From a virus (lineage: Duplodnaviria > Caudoviricetes), in the IMG/VR virus record IMGVR_UViG_3300037501_000255: a DNA stretch of 64,000 nt. One strand, given 5' to 3'. Shown piece after piece: positions 58,484 to 64,000 of this stretch (positions within the stretch are counted from its first letter, which is position 1; each line of letters begins with the position of its first letter). The notes beneath the pieces are model-generated. The model had not been told where the DNA came from. It searched no databases and saw only the letters and a program-made list of their open reading frames with translations. Made by a program: the position numbers and the translations under genes.

Positions 58484-59377
58484 TCAGATTATCTGTTTTT
58501 CTCGTAAATGCTTAAGCCTCAAAACGGCTGGATTTCTTGCAAACAAACTGCCGGCACTCATACCGAGCGGGGCCGGGCGCATGTTGTGCTTCGCCTCTCT
58601 CAGCTTTGCGCGGTAATCCGATAGGTGTGCATTAAACATCGTAGTTATCGTGCTGCTGACTGGGGGCGGCTGTAGCGCTACACCGTTGTCATTTATGGAG
58701 AATTCCCTACCAGATTCTAGTATGGCCTGGCCTGTCCACGCTTGCAGCATAGCCCCCTGCGTAAGTATATCTGCGAACAACGTTCGCGTTAACATATCAT
58801 CAAACGTGTACCCGGTTATTGTCGGGGTAAGGTTGAATTCTGAAAGTGAAGTGCATAGGAATTGGAAGAGATCTTCTGTAGAGAAGACGTCGCACTTAGA
58901 TCCGTCCGGCTTAAATGCTGTGCTACGAAGGCGGGATTTGAGCATCTTCAATAATACGTTTATATTTGCTTTCGCTTGTTCAGAAAACTCTACTAGGGAT
59001 GGCCATGGGTCATCACCGATCTCTATAGTTGGATCTACTACAGTACCGACAGCCTGGATGGCTCCGGCAGAGTTGACTGTAAAATTAAAGGTGGCGCTTA
59101 GGGTATAGCCGTCTACGGAGCCGTACCATACATCAGTCCATACACCGGAGGTGTACCCATCCGGTACGGTAAGCTCGTATCTGTAGCGGCCCGGGCCGAT
59201 CCACTCTACGCCTGTCGAACTTAGGGCTCGGATTGGTGTGCCGGCTGCATCAAATATAGCCAGCGAAGGATTGGTGTCTGCATCTTTCTGTGTACCGGCC
59301 ACATCTGTAAATTGCACATCTAGGCGAAGCTCCTCGCCTACCGGAACAGCGTCGCGGTTGTAGGTATAACGCGCCAT
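58484..59377 (-). CDS. Head-tail adaptor (neck) protein with N-terminal Ig-like accessory domain, 297 aa
   Basis: Core FSTEDLFQFLCTSLSEFNLTP...QAILESGREFSINDNGVALQPP resembles adaptor proteins of large phages; N-terminal beta-sandwich (GPGRYRYELTVPDG...WTDVWYG). Confidence 0.6.
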   Translation of the reverse strand: MARYTYNRDAVPVGEELRLDVQFTDVAGTQKDADTNPSLAIFDAAGTPIRALSSTGVEWIGPGRYRYELTVPDGYTSGVWTDVWYGSVDGYTLSATFNFTVNSAGAIQAVGTVVDPTIEIGDDPWPSLVEFSEQAKANINVLLKMLKSRLRSTAFKPDGSKCDVFSTEDLFQFLCTSLSEFNLTPTITGYTFDDMLTRTLFADILTQGAMLQAWTGQAILESGREFSINDNGVALQPPPVSSTITTMFNAHLSDYRAKLREAKHNMRPAPLGMSAGSLFARNPAVLRLKHLREKQII

Positions 59378-59417
59378 AAAACCTCATGAGATTGGCTATA
59401 TACCTATATCGCAAATA

Positions 59418-59897
59418 TTAGTAGCGTGTCTTTACATCTACATAGCGAGATGGTGGTTGGGCGGGCGCGGATAATTCGGCATTGTCGAGTACTCCGCCCC
59501 CATCTACTTCGAGTTCTGGCTCAGCAAATCCATCTGCATAATCAGTAAATTTTGATAGTGACTGTTCATCCAAAATTCCTGTAAGTTCTTCAATATATTG
59601 TTTCTTTTTTGGATCAATAGCTACACCCACCCTGGAGCGGGAGGGTATGGGGCGATCTGACTCGCGCAGCTTTTGTTGAAATTGATCCGTCTCCTTTTTA
59701 GGAGGATGCGGTGTCTTGAGAAGTTTTTTAGATACAACAGCACGATACAGAGCGCCTATTGACTCTGATTCATGAAGTTGTTCATCAGAAATCATAGGAT
59801 TAAGCTGGCGCGGCAAAACCGTTTGGCCAGCTTTTATCGTTATTCCTATGTCAGATATCAACAAATCATTTTTAGTAAGATTTGTATAATACTGCAT
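59418..59897 (-). CDS. Hypothetical protein, 159 aa
   Basis: ORF in the operon, start overlapping the cold-shock gene stop; N-terminus (NLTKNDLLISDIGITI...GALY) weakly echoes the N-terminus of 52407..53777. Confidence 0.6.
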   Translation of the reverse strand: MQYYTNLTKNDLLISDIGITIKAGQTVLPRQLNPMISDEQLHESESIGALYRAVVSKKLLKTPHPPKKETDQFQQKLRESDRPIPSRSRVGVAIDPKKKQYIEELTGILDEQSLSKFTDYADGFAEPELEVDGGGVLDNAELSAPAQPPSRYVDVKTRY

Positions 59898-60115
59898 TAT
59901 TCTTCTGGTTCTAATTTAACATTGACGGCCATAGGCCCCTTGTGATTCATTCCAACCTCAAAGGATACCCTCTGACCTGGCTCAAGTTTTTTGTAGCCTT
60001 CCATAACTATTTGGGAAAAATGAACAAATATATCTGATCTGAAATCTGATTCCTCAGTCGATATGAATCCGTATCCCTTGTTAAAGAACGCTACCTTTCC
60101 TAATTTCCGTGCCAC
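59897..60115 (-). CDS. csp: Cold-shock domain protein (CspA family), 72 aa
   Basis: RNP1 KGYGFI, RNP2 DIFVHFSQI and C-terminal LEPGQRVSFEV...KGPMAVNV; SD GAGGAG. Confidence 0.93.
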   Translation of the reverse strand: MARKLGKVAFFNKGYGFISTEESDFRSDIFVHFSQIVMEGYKKLEPGQRVSFEVGMNHKGPMAVNVKLEPEE

Positions 60116-60125
60116 TACCTACTCC

Positions 60126-60389
60126 TCATTGCGCCGGCTGAAATGCCTCGGCCGATGCTGATGCTGCCTTAGCCAATGATAGTATTAGCTTCAGCTGTGC
60201 GTCAAACGCACCTGAGAGGCGTAAAAATTCAACCTCTTTCTCCTTGAGTGAGGTGGTGAGCTTTTCACGCTCTTGATTGTTTGATTTAATCGATTGATCG
60301 AGCTCCAGAAGCTGATCTTTGATTGCCTGCTCGGCGGATGATAAATCTGTGCGCTGCAGGAATGCGTTGAGCGTATCTACATCTGACAT
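60126..60389 (-). CDS. Small coiled-coil protein (possible fibre chaperone), 87 aa
   Basis: Heptad-rich helix; directly downstream of a fibre gene; SD AAGGAG. Confidence 0.55.
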   Translation of the reverse strand: MSDVDTLNAFLQRTDLSSAEQAIKDQLLELDQSIKSNNQEREKLTTSLKEKEVEFLRLSGAFDAQLKLILSLAKAASASAEAFQPAQ

Positions 60390-60430
60390 GTCTTACTCCT
60401 TGCTATTTTAGTGGGCCGCTGCCCAACAGA

Positions 60431-60441
60431 ATATATACATC
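60431..60441 (-). promoter_or_regulatory. Candidate late-promoter element GATGTATATAT (identical copy at 24446-24456)
   Basis: Exact 11-mer shared by two distant intergenic regions; related (G/C)TATA(T/G)A cores occur in four other gaps. Function is inferred only. Confidence 0.35.
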
Positions 60442-60488
60442 TGTATTCGTAGCGGCTTCAGTATTTGATTTGGTGCACATATCATATA

Positions 60489-63400
60489 TTATGTAACAGT
60501 CCATGTACCCACCACGGAAACCGCAATCCATTCTGTGGTATTAATTGCCATAAGTTTTATGACGTTTCCAATTGTCGTTGCTTCTGCGGTACCACCGGAG
60601 GCTGATACCGTGCCGGCTATGCGTATTGTGTCCCCGGCAGCTGCTGTAATCTGAATTCCGTCAGCATCTTGCACAATAAAGGTGTACTCCAAACCGGGAA
60701 CGGCATCAGGGAGATTGAAGTTCACCTCTGCTGAGGCCCCCTCATTTGTGTATGCGGTACGAGAGTCGGAGGCTGTAGGACTTACATTTGCAGCAGTCTG
60801 AGCGCTGACTGGCACTTCTAGATATGTGTATTTGGCATGAATGCTGTTGAAACGCCTCGAAGCAGTGCCTACATCACCATGGCCGTCAGTCAGTGGAATT
60901 AGATCATAATCCCCTTGCATTTCTAGATTGCCGCCATCAAGGAATTTCCAAATAGCTGCGCCATTATCCCTAAGCCATAAGGGGTCTTCAGCGACGGTAA
61001 GATTATCAATATCTAGTGTTGCGCCGTGAGAGCCGGCAGAGCGATTAACCCCAACCCTGGCCGTGCCGGCATCAACAAGAAACAAATCTGGCCTGGTACC
61101 TGAGCCCTCGACCCTGAAGTCGACGTTGGCTGCATTATCATTAAAGACAATCTCAGTAGACCCAAACCTATTGATTCCAGAACCATCAGCAATAGTGAAG
61201 ACGGTGGTGCCGTTGTCGCGAGCCAAGAGGATAGGCGCTGCGACGTTTCCGTTGTCTGCAATCAGTGCAGCGGACGTGGTCACCGTAGGCGTGAACTGAA
61301 TAAGGTTGTCTGTCAGGAAGAACAATCCAGCAGTTCTGTTTGTGACACCGGCCGCGACGATGGCGGCTCCGGCGACAGCCATCATGGTTCCGGTAGTTGC
61401 TGTGCTGTACGCCTTTCCGAGCAGACCGATGTTCAGCGTTGAGGAGCCTTGTGCATCGGCAACCATGCCGACGTTGTAACCCGCAGTAGATCCCGAGGAA
61501 CCGGCCCACGCACCGTAGTTACCTGCTCCGAAGTAGTTGTTGATATCGAATACGTTTGCTCCGGTTCCAGTGATGCTGGAAAACGTAGCGAAGCTAATCT
61601 TCGGCCCACTACCAGAACCAGAAGTAGTAATGACCGCGCCGGATTGCGTAGTGGTCGCCGAGTTGAGCGTACTCGTGACACGCAATGCGTTGACGCCATC
61701 AGGCAAAGAACCGGCTTGGATATCAACAAAATGTCCGGGAGAGCTGGTGCCAATACCAACTCGATCAGTCGAAGCGTCGACGAACAGCAGGTTAGCGTTT
61801 GTGTCCCCCTCAACGCGGAAGTCGTAGTTGTTGCCGGGGTCGTTAACGACGAGCTCCGTAGTCGTCAACCGCGCTCGCTCTGCGTTGTTGGTACCAATGA
61901 CAATGGGACTTGCTTCGTTGGTGCCGATGAGAAGCGCTGCGGTTCCAAGACCTGATTGCAAGAGTTCGGCTGAGTTAGCGAGCGCCTGACCAAACCGAGT
62001 ACCTGGGAATGCGGTGCCATAGTTCCGCATCGCCATAACTGACGCGCCGTCAGAGTAGAGGCGAACCTCACCACCGGAAGCACTGTTGGTATTCTCGACG
62101 ATCAGTGAGTACCGGGCTGGGTCGGTCGATCGAACATAGACTTTGGCGGTGGCGCCAATGGTTGACGTACCGATGCCGAGAGCGTCGTTGGTGTCGTCCC
62201 AAAACAGGTTTGAAGGATCTGCTGAGAATGCCCCTGCGTTATTGAACTGAATTGCGCCCGTTGATCCGGCGGCGGCGGATGGAGTAGTTGCGGTTATCAT
62301 CCGAGTGCCATCAGGAAAAACAAATCCTGATCTTGGTATTACATAACCGTCAGATGATATCTTAGCTTGATAGGTATGTCCGTCACTAAATGACAGATAT
62401 CCATCATTGTAGATCTCTATCGCCCAATCCGCCGATATATATCCATCAGTTTCTGATGGAAGCGCTACTAGATGTAGCGAAGTCGGTCCGAAGTATCCAT
62501 CCTTCCATCTATAGGTTGGCGAGCCGAGACTGTACGCGTCATCTTCTAGTGGAATTAAGTCTACATTTATCGCTGTAGGTAGTAGATTAGATAGGTATCT
62601 ATTTGCTCCGCTTGAAACTGCTGAGGTGGCAATCCACGTTGATCCATCGCTATATTCTAATTCTGCGCCGCTCCAACGTATTGCGCCTGCTCCGGCCGAT
62701 ACAGCGGAGGCTGGTGTATAGCTCACTTTTGCAAATCCGGCAAAGTATCCATCTCCTGCTACATCCAATATATAGCTTGGGGAATTAGTGCCAATCCCTA
62801 CTCTGCCCAGCGCATCTACCAAAATTCTACTATTTAGCGATGTAGTCCCTGATGCAACTGTCTTGATATCGAAGGTGGTACCGAAATCTGAGCCGCTCCA
62901 TGAGCTAGCTGCTGCAATCTCAATACTGGCGCCAACATTAAAAGCCGAACTATCGTATCCATAGAAATCATGACGACCCAGTATAGTGCCGGCTGTAACT
63001 TCAGCAGATAGAGACTCTGTGCCTTCAGCTCTGTAGTGTGAAAGGACATGCGTGTCGGATTGTGTATTTGAGTACACTGTCCCGCGATATTCTGTTGGTG
63101 CTGATTCACGCAGCATTTGTGCCGTGCGTGTTAGATGAATATCTTGCCATCTCAGCGTCGCAGAGCCTATATCATAACTGTCCGTACTGGCTGGTAGCAA
63201 CGACGTATTTATACTCGTCGTAGTTAGATTTGAGAGAGCTGTGTTTGCTGCATTACCACTAGAGGCTGCGGTAATACGACCTTTACTGTCTACGGTAATA
63301 TTTGCAAATGTGTACGAGCCTGGGGATACGCTTGTTGTGTCAAGTGCCAGCGTCGCATTACCGCCGGGACCACCATCAACGAGTGTTAGATCGCCAGATG

Positions 63401-64000
63401 CTGGTGTAAGAACCCGTTCTTGTGTTAGCGTAGCATCTGTAGTTAGTGTTAGATAGTGCGCGGTAGCTGGGGCAGGCGATGCACCCGCTATCGCTGAAGT
63501 AATCCTGCCCTGTGCGTCAATGCTTAATTGTGGATTTGTATATGAGCCGGGGGATACTCCAGTAGAGGCAAGTCCTACCGTGACCGCTGCGCCGGGGCCG
63601 CCGTCGGCTATGGTTATCTGACCCGCCGCACCTGTCAATACGCGCTCTTGTGTTAGCGTGCCGTCGGCAACAAGAGTTACGTACTGCGCTGTTGTTGGCG
63701 CTCCACCTCCCCCGCCGCCAGTCTGCGCTGCCCATCTAACTCCTGTGGTTTGAGTAGAGTCCGCAGTGAGTACATATCCGTCAGCGCCAATCCCAATACG
63801 TGTATTGCCGAATGCTGTTCTGACTACTATATCACCTTTAGTTGTAGTTGGAGCTAAAGCATCGAATGCTGTGGCAGCGGAGGTCTGTCCTGTACCACCT
63901 TTTGATATTGGCAGTGTTCCGCTTATATTTCCAAGTGTAAGTGCAGATTCTACGACATCGATATCTATCTCATTATTGCCCGAATCAAGTGTAACTGAAA
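60489..64000 (-). CDS. Long tail fibre protein (5' partial, at least 1169 aa)
   Basis: The track start at 63638 is an internal TTG; I translated the frame by hand and it stays open to the window edge (...TLPISKGGTGQTSAATAFDALAPTTTKGDIVVR...GADGYVLTADST...). Contains repeated VDxxGRIT and VGIGTxSP fibre units and a C-terminal tip domain. Confidence 0.8.
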   Translation of the reverse strand, partial: SVTLDSGNNEIDIDVVESALTLGNISGTLPISKGGTGQTSAATAFDALAPTTTKGDIVVRTAFGNTRIGIGADGYVLTADSTQTTGVRWAAQTGGGGGGAPTTAQYVTLVADGTLTQERVLTGAAGQITIADGGPGAAVTVGLASTGVSPGSYTNPQLSIDAQGRITSAIAGASPAPATAHYLTLTTDATLTQERVLTPASGDLTLVDGGPGGNATLALDTTSVSPGSYTFANITVDSKGRITAASSGNAANTALSNLTTTSINTSLLPASTDSYDIGSATLRWQDIHLTRTAQMLRESAPTEYRGTVYSNTQSDTHVLSHYRAEGTESLSAEVTAGTILGRHDFYGYDSSAFNVGASIEIAAASSWSGSDFGTTFDIKTVASGTTSLNSRILVDALGRVGIGTNSPSYILDVAGDGYFAGFAKVSYTPASAVSAGAGAIRWSGAELEYSDGSTWIATSAVSSGANRYLSNLLPTAINVDLIPLEDDAYSLGSPTYRWKDGYFGPTSLHLVALPSETDGYISADWAIEIYNDGYLSFSDGHTYQAKISSDGYVIPRSGFVFPDGTRMITATTPSAAAGSTGAIQFNNAGAFSADPSNLFWDDTNDALGIGTSTIGATAKVYVRSTDPARYSLIVENTNSASGGEVRLYSDGASVMAMRNYGTAFPGTRFGQALANSAELLQSGLGTAALLIGTNEASPIVIGTNNAERARLTTTELVVNDPGNNYDFRVEGDTNANLLFVDASTDRVGIGTSSPGHFVDIQAGSLPDGVNALRVTSTLNSATTTQSGAVITTSGSGSGPKISFATFSSITGTGANVFDINNYFGAGNYGAWAGSSGSTAGYNVGMVADAQGSSTLNIGLLGKAYSTATTGTMMAVAGAAIVAAGVTNRTAGLFFLTDNLIQFTPTVTTSAALIADNGNVAAPILLARDNGTTVFTIADGSGINRFGSTEIVFNDNAANVDFRVEGSGTRPDLFLVDAGTARVGVNRSAGSHGATLDIDNLTVAEDPLWLRDNGAAIWKFLDGGNLEMQGDYDLIPLTDGHGDVGTASRRFNSIHAKYTYLEVPVSAQTAANVSPTASDSRTAYTNEGASAEVNFNLPDAVPGLEYTFIVQDADGIQITAAAGDTIRIAGTVSASGGTAEATTIGNVIKLMAINTTEWIAVSVVGTWTVT

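Noticed and set aside
1635-63456. The many plus-strand ORFs of 60-170 aa in the track
   Set aside because: All lie antisense to long, coherent minus-strand genes and have no recognisable motifs; they are shadow ORFs.
29118-64000. Diversity-generating retroelement or invertible fibre cassette
   Set aside because: No reverse transcriptase, recombinase, near-identical template/variable repeat pair or inverted crossover sites were seen.
1-64000. Alternative genetic code (stop-codon reassignment), and tRNA or rRNA genes
   Set aside because: Genes are long and abut under code 11, with TAA, TAG and TGA all used as stops; intergenic gaps are at most about 110 nt and show no cloverleaf.
1-64000. Apparent abundance of CTAG/TCTAGA/AGATCT words
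   Set aside because: This is an impression only, plausibly due to frequent CTA/GAT/AGA codons; it cannot be supported without a k-mer count.

Overview
This 64 kb window is the virion morphogenesis region of a large (probably jumbo) contractile-tailed phage. It has about 40 tightly packed genes, all on the minus strand, in the standard genetic code, mostly with AGGAG/GAGG Shine-Dalgarno sites. In transcription order (right to left) it encodes: a tail fibre (cut by the right edge), a cold-shock protein, a head-tail adaptor, a free-standing LAGLIDADG homing endonuclease, a HEXXH peptidase, a neck/head-closure protein, many fibre, Kelch and beta-helix appendage proteins, a holin-like gene and a spanin-like gene, then tail terminator, sheath, tube, a tail-assembly chaperone pair joined by a -1 frameshift, tape measure, tube initiator, hub, spike, gp25-like wedge, baseplate J-like protein, and a >2100 aa LamG-containing baseplate protein that the ORF track misses (cut by the left edge). 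The standout observation is the tripeptide Asp-Gly-Tyr (DGY). I counted about 63 copies by eye, against roughly 4-5 expected. They use varied synonymous codons, sit in appendage proteins and in accessory domains of structural proteins, and are absent from tube, tape measure, hub, spike and chaperones. This looks like an undescribed virion-surface sequon, such as a modification or docking site. Family names come from recognising motifs and gene order by eye; no database searches were run.
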